Notes under the pieces: generated by a model | What the model saw: the letters and a program-made list of their open reading frames with translations, nothing else | The model's database searches: none | What the model was told of the DNA's origin: nothing | Program-made: the position numbers and the translations under genes | Shown: positions 33,496 through 47,421 of the stretch, piece by piece | How positions within the stretch are numbered: the first letter of the stretch is position 1 | Layout: every line of letters starts with the position of its first letter | NCBI RefSeq assembly: GCF_018977255.1 | Contig: NW_024704742.1 | Location: forward strand, 124,002,001-124,066,000 | Direction of reading: 5' to 3' | Origin: Callorhinchus milii | Taxonomy: Eukaryota | DNA length: 64,000 nt

Positions 33496-36019
33496 TCGAA
33501 GCTACATTATTGTGGTGTGAGTGATATGTTGTTGAATTGGATGTGCAACTTCCTCACAGGATGTACATACATGGGTGTTTGTTTCATCATAACACTTATA
33601 CATGGGATCATCTGAAAGTAAACTTAATCTTCATCAACAATAACATCAAACTTTTTTTGCCAATATTGCTATTTTTGCAGTGTTTAATTCCCCATTTGAA
33701 TGTCAATAACTGAATCATTGTAGGCAGTTAGACGGAATTGGACAGTAGGCAAAGGGAATATGTTTTCCTAAGTCAAGCCAAGATCGCAAGAACTATACCA
33801 AGTGCATTGCATCAATTTTCATCAATCAAAAAGTTGGTAAGAATTTACAGCTTTAAACATCAATTTCTTCCCAGGTGGCCAATTCCCTCAGATGGTTGTG
33901 TCACCTGGGATAAACAAGTAAAATTTGTGGGCTGGTTTTAACCCACAGGGATGTGTTATGAAGCATGACAAAGTTTACCCCTATGTATTTTTTAAGATGA
34001 TGTTCAAACTCTGAATTAATGACTGAATTATGAACCAAAGACTTTGGGAATGATTAAGAAAATATTAAAACCAAAGATGCAAAAGGGCATTTTTTCTTAC
34101 CTAGACTACTTCCTTTATTACCTTATTGTATCTGTCATTTCTATGTTAATGTCCCTGATGATTTTGCTTTTACGATTCCACCTAATAGATTGTTTCAGGC
34201 ATTTATCACTCTTCAAGTAAAATGTTGTTCCTAATATCTATTTTACTACTTTAATTACATGCATCTTCACTCTGATTTAAGATGAAGTAATATTCTAGGT
34301 GCAGCCTAACTATACCATTTAATATTTTATTTCTAGACTACTTCTCTAATATTTCCTTGTACTTCAACCCTTTTAAAACAGGGATCAGTCTTGATTACGT
34401 GTTGAGAAGTCTGGACTTGTCCATTTCACAGCAGTCACATTCTCCGCATCTATCTGGGTTGACAGCAGCCACTTGGGTCAATGCTGTGATATCCGTTCTT
34501 GTTATAGTTGCCTCCAACTGAACAAACAAACAGATTTTTAATTGCTGTACATACAAATGCTAATCTGAGTCTGATATTTCTTGGCAAACAAGTCATGCAT
34601 TTATCAAACTAGTTATCAAACAGAATCATGGCATTTATTCTCAATGAAAATTCTGGGAAATGCACACGTGGGAGTTCGAAACAATATTTTCTGTTTTGAT
34701 ACAGAAACTGTTTTTCACACTCAGAAAACAGAATAAATTCTGAAAATGTTCCATTTTATCCATTTAGATATAATCCTTTGGGAGGGCTGAAAGACAAACC
34801 ATAATACTAATATACCCTAAATCACATTAAATATTTGCATATGAACTGTAACAAAGGATCAAGACTAAAGTTAGTAGCTCCATCTGTGCCCGACTTTCTT
34901 TCCTGTTTCTTATTTTTAACTTCCTATTCTGGGCTTCCTATTTTGGACTTTGTCAGGCTTCCTTTTTGTTTCCCATTTGGCGTTTCACCTCCTTGTAGAA
35001 TATTTATTGTCTTCGATGTGATGAAAATCTGCTAACCCTAGTCTACTGCATAAAAAAATGTTAGGCTCTGCTCACTGAACTCTCTCAACTCACGCAAGCA
35101 ATCAACTTACGCAAAACATACTTGAAATCCAAGATGTAAATATCCTCCTTTATGGTTAAATAATCAAAGAAAATTAGTTAAGAACCTCAACAAATTCACA
35201 ATTAGGTTCTTTGCACCAATTGTTTGTTGTTATTAAGGTAACAAGGAAAAGAAAGTACTGAAGACACAGGATAAGTACATTATGTTGGATAAGTAAATAT
35301 TTATTAATATAAAAATATTTAAAGAATGTAAACAAAGTTTCAGGGATAACGACTGCATTAGGCAGGGATGGGCAGAAACCAAATCTAGACCTTAACATTT
35401 TGAATCAACTTTCAGGATGAAGGTAATTATTTGAACTGAATTCATTTGAGGTTGTATTTCTGACTGCATTTGGATTGAATTCATTTATTTTCATTGATTT
35501 CTGAGGAGAACAATGGGATTATTCACAGAGCTTTAAAATACGAGGAGAGACCTAAAGAACTTACTTTGTTTTTAAGAGAAAGGAGATTAAGATATGTGAT
35601 TCTGATTTTAATCTTATGAGAAGAATAAATCATGTAGATTCACTCAAGTTATTGTGATTATGAACCCATGAAAGTACATGTGAACTAAATTGACAAATCT
35701 CAAGCATCACCTTCTTTCATTCATCTTTATATCAAACAGTACACCAACACTAAATACTAACCAAGGTATGCACAAAATCAACTGAAAACACCCCATAACA
35801 TCCAAATTAAAAATATACCTTCACAATTTATGTTGAAATCCATATCAATAATCTCTGATGCCAGAGATCAACATTAACTGGATAATATTGGCAAATATCT
35901 ATTTTATTCATTATCAATGATGTGGACCAATGTAAGGAAGGCTATTTATTTCACTATAATTTGTATATCTAAACTGATATCATCAAAAAGGAAGCATTGT
36001 ATAAATAAAACAGTGTAGA

Positions 36020-36270
36020 AAGATATGATTCAGATCTTTAAAATATTGAGAGGCAAAGATGCTATAGATGCAAGCAAATAATTTGACTTGGCCATTAACC
36101 CAAACTAGAGGACATTAAATTAAATCTAATAAGATTCAATCTAAAATAGAGATGAGAAGAAGTTTCTGTCTATTGAGAAGTGCGTGTGTGGATCAGGCTA
36201 CTGACAAAAACAATAAAGCCTCTTAGGTGAACACCTTCAAAAAGAACTGGGAACATATCAGATGGCTTGA
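36020..36270 (+). mobile_element. Old CR1 3' fragment
   Basis: DMIQIFKILRG...TRGH-like decayed CR1 ORF2 end. Confidence 0.5.
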
Positions 36271-39200
36271 AACATTATTGGACGTAAAACAACAACTTGC
36301 ATGTATATAGTTCAAGTACAATAATGTTGTGGAGCGCTTCAAAACAGTGGAATTGAACCCCTAACATTGGAGAAGGGGAGATGACCAAAGGTGTAATTAA
36401 AGAGGTAACTTTAAGGAGGGATTTAAAGACAGAAAGAGAAGGATGAGTCGGAGGATAAATGAGGGTAGTCTGGGGAAGGGATGAGTTCACTGGCAGAATA
36501 ACCTTTTGAAGTTCCATGCTTTCTTATGTTTTTTATATGCTCCCACATTTAGCAATTGGTAGTCCTGGCAGGACTTAATAGGGCTTCATTGCCTAATGCC
36601 ATGAGGTCAAGTCTACGGGGTGTATAAATGTGATATCACACAAGGAAGTATTGCACGTAATCTGTGACTCAACCAAACCCCCAAGTTCAAAGCAGGTTCT
36701 GTGTGCTGTCAAACTTAATCCCAAATAATTGCTATCCATCATCTTTGCATTTAACCGAATGAATGTCTCTTGGAAATCCCACAAAATAAAGTCTTGTCTC
36801 TGAAAACATACCGCCAGTATTGGTGGAATTATTGCCAGCCTAAGACCTAAGATATATTGTGTGGACACGCTGCCGACAAAGATTGTTGTGATATTGATTT
36901 AATATGCAACTATAAACAGAGATCTGTTGTTCCAATCATTAAATGATGTGCATGTTTATTACATTGACAAATATCAGTCAGATCACAATGACCCAGGTTT
37001 ATTAATGATGTGGTAACTTGTTGAAAACAGTATTTTAGTCGCTAGTGTTTTCTTTTCCAGACACACATATTTACAAGTAAATTTGTGTTTCGGGCATAAA
37101 AAGTATGACAGTAGTTTTACATTCATTCCTCTGTGCATCTGGTTTTAATTTGCCGACATTAAATTAAAACATTTGCCATTTTTTATTTAGAAAAAAAAAG
37201 GTCATATTTTTCTTCTCCTTTGCAAACCTGAATTTTATGAAAAAAAGGTTTTACGAATTTCTGCCTGGAGAAATGTACCTTAAACCCATAGGCTCCCCCA
37301 CCCAACTCAGTGTGAATAAATCCAGGTGTTTGTCATTTGGGGATTAAAGAATAATTGTGAAGTTAAACATTGCAAGTTTTCCAGTATTTGGAGGGTATGG
37401 GGGAGAGAGAGAGACAATCCGTACAAGAGGTTGGTATTACTTGGTTGTTTGTATTTCTCTTGAGAACCTAGATGTCAGGAGTTTACAACTAAACAATAGC
37501 AAATCAAAAACAGGAAACTGTTGGTGAGAAATACCCTTATCTTCCTGCAAACCCGCGTCACCGCCGTCCCTGGAGATTGAGATGCCAGAACACCAGGGCT
37601 AAATACTTGTGATTTCATAGGAGAACATGCAATAGTGTTTACACTAAACCAACAAAAAGGGATTGTTAACTTCACACATCAACATAACAGGAAATGATGT
37701 TATGTCTGGATCTTTCACAGAAAACAAGTGTTTGGCTCTAAATAAAGTAATGATTTCTTGTAAGCAACTATTTACAGTTCACAAAGAAATCTCGGGGTTA
37801 AAGATCGATTGTTTTGTCAACTTATGAAGAATGAGTCCCTTCTTGACTCAACTGCCTCAACATAAAGGAAACCAGAAACCTAAAAAAAATTAAAAATTAA
37901 ATTGCTTTTGAATTAGACATTGATTTTGTTTTAAAAATCTATAATCTTAGTGTTGGCTACACCTGCACAATGACATAATTTCCATTATAGATAGAGTTTT
38001 ATGTTAGGAAGGATGGAGCTGATAACATATTTCTAAAATACTGTATTAAAATAAAGAATGAGTCCAACATTTTTAAAATTCAAAACATTAAGATAGCATT
38101 CAATGTGGTTTTATGCCAGCATTTGATGTTTATAAAATATAACTTTGTCCTGACCCAGATATCTAGATGCCAGTTGTGTTAAATATTTGATATGAATTGA
38201 GCTAAGTAATGAGGAATGATACCAAGGTCTAGATAGACTGTAAATTTGTATCACAAGAGCCAACTTTCTTAAGTATTATTAGAGAACATCTGATGGGCAG
38301 CAGGTTATCTTATGTTCTCCACAGCACACTTATAAAGTAAAAGGTTGAACTACGATAAAGAAAGGCAATCTCCATGGCATCAGATATTTTACTCCCACTA
38401 AATTCAGTGAAGGGCATACGAACATAACAATTGCTAGACGAAAGAAGACCAAGGTGCATCCAGTTCATCTTCCACCATCCTGGCGGTCGCATAACATTTG
38501 GCACACGTCATGTCCCAAATTATATACTGTAAACCCACGATATTATTTCCTAAAAGAAATCTATCTAATTTGCTTTTAAAAAAATCCACACTTTCTGCTT
38601 CCACTGTATCCCTAGGGAGCCTGCTTCATATATTCACTAATGGCTCACTAAAATAGTGTTTCCACATATTGTTTTGAATTTACCTCACTTTAATCACAGG
38701 CCGTGTCGTCTGGTTCTGCTATTCTGGACAAGACAAAACAGCTTATCGTGGTCTACTAGGTCTCAAAGAAGAACTAACAATTAGATACTTTTTCTCTGTA
38801 CGTATTTTTATTTCATATGATGACTGAGTTTGGGTTTCACAGTTCTTCTGGTTACTAGGTATGTTTAGTCAATCACTATAAGAACATATGTAGAAATAAA
38901 AACAATAGCGCACCAGGTTACCTTTCCCTGTTGGTTAAATATATGTGCTGGAGCTGTTCAGATCAGTTTAATCTTCTTCCTGTATTGTCACTCTGCCCTT
39001 CTCTGGATTCAAAATTACTTTAGTTTAAAGTTCCACTTGTTTAGAGGAATTGTTCCAGGAACATTTTCTGGATGATGAAAGAACTTACTCTATAATAGAA
39101 GCACCTTTATATATTGCATAGTCCGGTCTGTACTGCATGTTAAATCTAAATCCAACGTTGTGCTTTGAAAAGGCTAATATGAAGGTTATCATTGTACCCT

Positions 39201-39844
39201 GAATCAGATAAGAATAAATCCAACATCTATTTCAAAGTCTTGGAAGTAACATAAAACCTCTCTCATGTAAAGGAGAGATCCCCAGTGCCATGCATTGCTT
39301 CTCTGTTGAAAGCGCTGCAGATGACCAAGCTGGCAGGAACCTGTGCCAGAGACAAAACTTTCTGTGTGGTGAACTGTGGCCCCAAATTCCACTTAGTCTT
39401 AGCCTACAAAAAACCATTGTGTCTCACAAGTTAAGATCACCACGGATTTGTGGAAAATTCTTAAATTTAGCCTTAATTTGGAAGCCAATTTCGATGATTC
39501 CCAAAAAGAACTGATACCAAATTAACATTGAATTTCAGAATTTTTCACAATTCTGCACAAATTTAAAATGTAAAACTGCATGGTCTTATATCTAAGATGA
39601 GGTGAAATTTCGAGCCTCTGGAAGCTTCAATGAGTCTCATCCTGACAACTGAGCTAGGTCTTAAATCTTGGCTTTTAGGTGCAAAATTGTCTCTCCATTT
39701 AAGATTACCAAATTGATCTTGTACTTTGTGACAGAATTTGTTTTGTCTTCTATTCCCCAGCCCACTCGGCTTGGTGATTTTGCTCCATCTGACTGTAATT
39801 GTTAGTACTAAATATAGAGCCATTCCATTTCCCACCATCTCCTT

Positions 39845-40125
39845 AGGTGTCCGTCTAGCTCAGTTAGTAGCACTTTTGCCACTAGAAGGTTGTTGAATCA
39901 AGACTCATGTTGGGACTCTGAACTCAGGCTGACACTCCTATGCAGTGTTTGGGGTGTGCTGCATTATTGGAGGTGCTGTCCTTTGGACGAGACATTAAAC
40001 AGGTTCCCACCTGCCTGTTTAGGTGTATATTAAAGATCTTGGGCACTAATCGAAAAGTGAATGGAATTTCTCCCTGTGTCCTGGGCAACAATCCTCCAAA
40101 TAAAATTGGTCTTTCACTTCATAAA
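39845..40125 (+). mobile_element. Old DeuSINE/SacSINE1-like SINE
   Basis: TAGCTCAGTTAGTAGCAC head and GGCTGACACTCC...GGAGGTGCTGTCCTTTGGACGAGACATTAAAC core. Confidence 0.65.
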
Positions 40126-42539
40126 TAATAAAAATAAACCTTGCATTTGATATAGTAACCTGTTCCAGTCAATCATTATCCTCTATGTTTATCCACTCGT
40201 GTTTCCATATTCAGAAGGAGATATACATGCAGGATTTGAAGTTAAATAAGGTTATAATAAAGTCCCTGCATTGAAAATTTACTGAAGATGTGCTGATAAG
40301 TTTGCTAATTCTTGTGTAACAGGGTTTACATTATTTTGTTTGTGATAGAGGAGAGAAAATGCTGTTGGCCCCACCAAACTATACAGTCTACAACATTTTC
40401 TCAGATGTTTAGGGAATTAAAGAAAAAGGATGTCCTCATCTGTATTGAAATGTAACCCTTGTGTTTTGATATCTGTACTGAATCTGTCAAAGATTTGCTG
40501 TGATTCTTCAGATGCAAACCAGAAATATTACCATGCACGTGGTCACCTCCCCCAGTTTAGTGTCCAACCCTGTCACTGTCCAGCGCACCAAGATACTATC
40601 CTGCATGAAGGGTGCTATATAAATGAGAGTTGTTGGTTGTATTATCATTTGAGGAAAGTAGCTCAGGTCAGGGGCAGCGGCCAAATTACAGACGCCAGGA
40701 CTGGAGGCAAAGCAGTTAGTTAGTTGACAGCAAATGCTACAGCTCCTCCTTCTGGTAGCTTTCCAGCACTGATACTGTATGGACTGTTATTTTCTGTCAT
40801 TCCAATGTTATGCTGGTAAATCCATTTGACATTACCTAAAATCCACTTCTGTTTTCTACGGAGAAAAAAATGGTGTAAACATTGTGCTGAATTTTGAAAA
40901 ATAAAATGTTCATTTGTGACACTGTAGCGACATTGGACTTTGGTGCACAGTAACCCGGAAAGAATTTAAGAAGTGTTGTTCTTACAAAAATTACTCAAAA
41001 CTGGCTTCAAAGTTAAAGCATAATTTAAGGATGTGCCAATTTCTGGACACTTTAAAATTCTAAGAAAATTCTAGATGAAATCTCTGCTCCTCCATTTTTT
41101 CTGTTCATAAGAACATAAGGAATACTAGACAAAAAAAAGACCAAGACTCATCTAGTTCGCCTTCCATCTTCCTTGTGGTCACATGCGCATATGTCCCGAA
41201 CTACCTATGTACTGTATCCCATAATCTTATTTCCTAATCTGTGTTTAAAGGAATCAACATTTCCTGCTTCAACCGTCTCTCTAAGGAGCCTATTCCACAG
41301 GTTTACTATTAGCTCACTGAAATAGTCTTTACTTAGATTCGTTCTGAATTTACCCCCCAATCGCAGGCTGTGTCCTCTGGACTAGTTGAAACAGCTTGGG
41401 AGAGCTCTTGGATGTGCTGTAGAACGAAAATGGAATTGGATTCCTGGAGGAGAGGAGGGAAGAGTTTTTAAAGGGAAAATTTAGTAGAGAGAAAGGAACA
41501 TCACCTCAGAGAGTCAGATATTCTTAGCCACTTTCAATTACATAAACAGATTTCGATTTCTGAAAAATATAAATGAATAAGTAGAAAAACATAACCATAA
41601 ATAGTTTGATGATTAAAAAAAAGCTTCCAGGCATAGATAACATCAGTACAAGAAAATCTGGGTTAGAATAGCTTTAACAATTTGTTCTTTTATGATATTA
41701 AGATATTTATTGGAACTTACGCTGGCATTTAATATAAAACACAAAAATACAATAAATGTTAGAATTGCAAAGAGAATTGTGAATCCTCACAGGTGTATGT
41801 TCCCCTAAAATATAGATCATCTGGTCTTGACTATTTTAGCAATCGTCTGGCTTAAAGTTATTCTATGCACCAAGATAAAAAAAATTCTTCACTTCTGGCC
41901 AGCTTTAAGCAATGTTAATGGATGAAAGATTTACTGATCCTTCATTTATGACTAAATACAGTAGAATCATAGAATGTTACAGCACAGGTCACATTCAGTC
42001 CATCAAGTCTGCATCCTGAAGGCAGAGTCAGCGTCACCATGGGCTTGTTTATATCCTAGCGCTACTCATTGAGGACCTGCATTAAGCATTTGATGTTGAG
42101 TAGATATAGACATAATGGGGACTTGGACCTCTAAAGCATGAAGGTGACTGGCTTGTCACAGGCTGTCACAGTCTGTTCCTCCCACCACTCTGAAGCCAAA
42201 TGTCTGCCAAATATCTCATCAGGAAATTTGGAGGTGTTATCTGGAGTCCAGGTGATAGGTTTCCACATCTGTCTGACCAAAACAAAAGTGTGCGCTGGAG
42301 TTTTTCTCCCACTCTCCTGGTTGCTCCTCATACCTTTTATTATTCTTTCAAGCACAATATTAATCTATGCATTCAATACAGCACCTTATCACATCATTGA
42401 AGCTTCTCAAAGCATTTCATAGATTTATTTTAAAGTGAAGTGACTGTGTATTTTGTAGACAAACTGGGCAGCCAATTTGCACACAGCATCTATCTAATTC
42501 CTTTTTAAAATAATTTATGGACATTTACGCAAATGAGTC

Positions 42540-42835
42540 AACTACCACAACAACAACTTGCATTTATATAGCGTCCTTTACATGGGGTAGCATCCCCGAG
42601 TGCTTGACAGTGGCGGAGTCTGACTCTGAGACAGGGAGAGAGAAATGGGGGTGGTGACCATAAGCACAGTCAAAAAGGAAGGTCTTTAGACAGAATTTGA
42701 ATGTGGGGAGGGAGTGGGCAAGGCAGAGGGATTGAGGGAGAGAGTTCCAGAGCTTCAGGGCGTAGTGGCTGAAGGCACGGCCATCGATGGTGGGGCGGAG
42801 GGCACGAGGGACGAACAGGAGGGTGGAGCCCACCT
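42540..42835 (-). mobile_element. L2 LINE 3' end
   Basis: DGRAFSHYALKLWNSLP..FKFCLKTFLF followed by the tail. Confidence 0.85.
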
Positions 42836-44765
42836 TAAGATTTATTAGCTTAAGAGTTGTTCCATTAAGACTTACATTTATATAATGTCTTTCCCATAAA
42901 AACACTTCTCAAAGTGTTTAACAGTTAGAGTGGTGGTAAGAAGAGTGACACATTTAGAAATGATCAAGTCATGGGTTTTATCAGGAGGTGTTTTGAAGAT
43001 AGAAAGATAGGTAGAAAGACACAATGGTTCTCAAAGAGAGTTCTTATGGAAAGAAAATATAGGTGCTGAAGATAGAAGATAGTTATGAGTAACTTTAATT
43101 CCAGTAATCTAACTGCAAGGTAATCTAAGTTTCTTTGGATAATTGCTGTTGATAAAGATAAAAGAACAAAGTTTTAGAGACTTTTTCAGCATGCCTCGTT
43201 AACAATATACCTATTGTACATGTACATGTACATTCATATACATTCTTCTTACATAATTATTATCTTGACTCTAAAATATTTAGGTTGCTGATGTTGACAA
43301 AACAAAATAAAAAAAAGTTACTGATTTTCGTTTGAGTTTTCAGGTAGGTTTAGCCAGGCTTATTTTATCAGTCAAATCTCATCATTATTTATATACTTAT
43401 ATTTTTAATTGTGTTACTCCTGTCCACAAGACCTACACCCTCCATAAACACTGGATTTTGTCACACTCACAAATAGATGGATGAGACAGACATACATCAA
43501 ATATTTTCTTTTACCTTTAGATTTCACAACAATAAAATGATCTGTGTGTTTCAACACGTTTCAGTATTTAACAGCTCAATGACTTAAAAACTATTCTTCT
43601 AACATACGGGCAGCTGGAGCTTCTGGTCTTGGATATTAAATGAAATGAAAAACATAGCTTTCTGGTGGATAAACCTCAGATTTAGAAGATTAAAAGGTAA
43701 AGAAAACACCCAAACAGTCATTTTTTGCTGCTTACGTAATCATATATACTCTACGGCAATCAAAGTCTTTGTACGAATTAAGTTGATTCTTTGAACCATT
43801 TATCACCCTATCCTTAGATTTTATTTTTTTTCCTAATTACAAATCTTTGACCTCAGAAAATAAGTGAGAAATGACTTAGAACGTGAAAAAGTATAGTGTC
43901 TGTAAGGATAATTTAAGTATAATTGACTCTTCAATTTCTTGGAACTTTGAACCATCCAATGCAGAGTTTATAACGTGCTTTGAGTTTACTAGTGTGTAAA
44001 AATAGTTGTCTTGTTTATCCATGATTCCTCTCTGGACACTCTTCTCTCACCCCCTCTTCATCTGCCCCCCAAGTTCACTCTCCCTCAGACCTGACTGCCT
44101 CTCATGATCTACTCCATCCCCTAATTCCAAAGGGATTGTCCCTAATTCTTGAGGCTAAGATTTCCCCACCCCATTTCTCACCAGTCTTGAAGAAAGAAAG
44201 GCATTTTATAGCACCTATCACATCAAACTATCTCACAAGTAATTGCCATTAACTGTATTTTTGCAATCTCCAATTTGCAGCAGCAAAGTCTCAAAAACAG
44301 CAAAGTAAATGACCAATTAATCACAAGGATTATTGACAGGATACAGAGAGACTCTCACTTCTCTTTTCAAATATTGTTTTCTTTAATGTCCATTTGGAAG
44401 CAAACAGGTGGGACCTCAGTTTACATCGCACACAAGCTGGAAAACATAGGAAAGAGTCCTGACTGAACTTGTATGAGTAGAGTACCATGGCTGAACAATA
44501 AGGGGAGTATTGAGATGAAGGGAATCAGACCTGTGTATGCTGATACATCTCTTTGTTCAGTAAAAGAGTATACCTGTATTTAAATAAAGTGATTTCTGCG
44601 CTATATGTTGTAACAACCTGAAGCACAATGAGCTCAAGCCCTAATTTGGGGCTTGAACCTTAACAACAACAACAACAACAAAATTAGATTTATAGAGCGC
44701 CTTTAATGTCGGGAAGATGTCCCAAAGCGCTAACGTTCTGAAGCAGAACCAAAACTGCTACCACT

Positions 44766-45135
44766 GTCCTGTAGCTTAGTGGTTAGAGCACTTGCTTCAC
44801 AAGCAAGAGGACCTGGGTTCGAGTTCTGGCAGGGCGAAACGTTAAGCAAGTTTCCTTGCTCCACACGCCTCTGTTTACCTAGCAGTAAATAGGAATTCAG
44901 TTGTTAGTCAATTGGCAGATTGCTTTTCCAGGGGTAATAATTCCTTCAAAATAAATAAAAATAATTTGATCACTCAATCCATGACTGTTTGTGGGACTCT
45001 GCTGTGCGCAATTCGCTGCTGCATTTTGCCCACAAAAAAACACAGTTATTTTGCTTTACTGTATATTCTGTGAAGTGGTTTGAGACATCTCGAAGATGTG
45101 ATAAGGTGCTATGTCAAATGCAAGGATTATTATTA
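44766..45135 (+). mobile_element. tRNA-derived SINE (longer subfamily)
   Basis: Full-length head, core and tail. Confidence 0.85.
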
Positions 45136-45739
45136 ATATTATTGAGCTAAGATAATGTAGATAGCGGGTCAAAACGTGCAAACTCTTTTATGAGCAGCAA
45201 CCTGATAATTCACTAAAGAATGTGAAAATGTCAATTTTATTGAAGCAGATTGCTGTCTGCTTCAATAATTATCTTCTAGATAATTTGTTATTATGTTCCT
45301 ATTATTTGATGAGTTGAAGTCTAGCATGGTTTCAAACACTTAGTGTAACACTCCCAATTTACTGGAATATACCCTGAAAGCATTACTTCCATTGTTGGGT
45401 GGATCTGCAAAATGTGACTTTATTATTGCATAAGTAATAATAATAATAATCCTTGGATTTGGTTAGAGCACTCGCCTCATAAGCGAGAAGACCTTGATTC
45501 GGTTCCCGGGCAGGGTGAAACCTTAGGCAAGTTTCCTTATTCCACACGCCTCTGTTTACCTAGCAGTAAATAGGAATCCGGCAGTTGTTAGTTGATTGGC
45601 AGATCGCTTTCTGGGGGTAATAACCCCTACAAAAAAATAATGTCCCACAAACAACCGTGGATTGAGCAACCAATTGTATTTAGGGGATTGTTGACCAGGA
45701 CACCGGGAGAAATTCCCTTCTCTTTTTCGAGTAGTGTCA

Positions 45740-46705
45740 TGCCCTTGCCTGGTTCGATTCCTATCTCTCTCATCGTCTCCACTTTGTTGCCTCTAACAGT
45801 TTCTCCTCCAGCCCCCACACTGTCACGTCTGCCGTCCCCCAGGGCTCTGTCCTTGGCCCTCTCCTCTTTAATATCTACATGCTCCCCCTTGGTGACATCA
45901 TCCGCAGACATGGGGTCAACTTCCACATGTATGCGGATGACACCCAACTCTATCTTTCTGCCTCCACCCTCAACTCCAGGACCACTGCTGTCCTGACAGA
46001 CTGCCTGTCGGACATCAAGTCCTGGATGAGGGCAAATTTCCTACAGTTGAATGTGAACAAGACTGAGGCCCTCCTGATTGGCTCGCACCAGTGCCGCAGC
46101 ACCTCAGGCTCTGGCAACATCAACCTCCATGGCTGCACACTTCAACTCACCAAGCCAGTCAGGAACCTCGGTGTCTTGTTCAACCCTCAACTGTCTTTTC
46201 TTCCCCACATCCAAGCCATGACCCATTCTGCCTTCCCTCACCTCCATACCATCACCTGACTCCGCCACTACCTCACCCTTCAGGCCATTGAAACTCTTGT
46301 TCGTGCCTTCATCACCTCCAGGCTCGACTATGCAAACTCCCTGCTTGTCGGTCTTCCCAACTCCTCCCTCCACAGGCTGCAGATAATCCAGAACTCTCCA
46401 GCCCGTCTCCTCTCCTGCACCAAACTCTATGACCCCATCTCCCCACATTCTCGCCCGACTCCACTGGCTCCCTATCCTTCAGAGGATCCAGTTCAAGATC
46501 CTGGTCCTCACCTAGAAAGCCCTCCATGGCCTCACCCCACCCTACCTCTGTGACTTCCTAACCCCCTACCAACCCGCCCGCTCCCTCCGCTCAGTTGGCT
46601 CTGGTCTGCTTCACGTCCCCAGACCCACCCGCCCCATCATTGGCGGGAGAGCCTTCAGCCACTCTGCCCCCAACCTCTGGATCTCCATCCCCCAGTCACT
46701 CCGCA
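45740..46705 (+). mobile_element. L2 LINE RT/3' fragment
   Basis: [38 protein letters not shown]...[12 protein letters not shown]. Confidence 0.9.
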
Positions 46706-47048
46706 CTCCGCGAGAGACCTGAGTTCAATCCCCGGCAGGTCAGGGCCAAACCTTGGGCAAGTTTCCTTACTCCACACAAGAGCCCTAATAATAATCCCTC
46801 CAAAAAAAACCCAAAACAATAATAAATTGGTTGTTTTCAATCCACGACGGTTTGTGGGACATTGCTGTGCGCAATCGGCCGCCGCGTTCGCCCACAAATA
46901 TACAGTCAGTTCACTTTAGGGTGTGTTCTGCGAAGCGCTTTGGGACGTCCTCCCGACGTGAAAAGCGCTATATCAAATGCGAGGATTATTATTATTATTA
47001 CTATTATTATTATTATTATTATTATTTATTATTATTATTATTATTATT
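46705..47048 (+). mobile_element. Young tRNA-derived SINE, GC-shifted, abutting the CSPG4B promoter
   Basis: Family core with a long (TTA)n tail ending immediately before the CpG island. Confidence 0.88.
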
Positions 47049-47049
47049 A

Positions 47050-47296
47050 CAGGAGGGAGGGGGCGCCAGTGAGCAGAGCTGCAGTGATGGGCGGGGCGGG
47101 GGCGGGGCGTGGGACAGACACATGGACAATAGGGAGGGGGCGTGGCGGGGGGAGGAGACGCGCTCACGTCACGGGGGGGGGCGGGGCAGCGTCTCGCTGG
47201 GGTTTGATTGACAGCGGTCCCCGGCGACAGTGCAACAAAGCGGCGCCGTGTGCGGAGCGGAGCTGAGCGGAGAGGTGCAGTGCAGCGGCGGCGGCC
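47050..47296 (+). promoter_or_regulatory. CpG-island promoter/5'UTR of CSPG4-like gene
   Basis: Tandem GC boxes (GGGCGGGGCGGGGGCGGGGC) at about 47088-47108, CRE-like TCACGTCA at 47164, high CpG density, Kozak GCGGCCATG. Confidence 0.75.
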
Positions 47297-47372
47297 ATGT
47301 ACCCCCCGGGGCTGCCCAGCCCGGGGCTGCTCTGCTGCCTGTTGGTGTCCGCAGTCCGGCTCGTGTGGGGAG
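47297..47372 (+). CDS. CSPG4B: CSPG4-like gene, exon 1 (signal peptide)
   Basis: Encodes MYPPGLPSPGLLCCLLVSAVRLVWG; G|gtgagc phase-1 donor joins exon 2 in frame to give the mature start ASFWGE. Confidence 0.82.
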
Positions 47373-47421
47373 GTGAGCGGTTGCAGTCCGGCTGCTGAAA
47401 AAGGGGACTGGGAAGGCAGTA

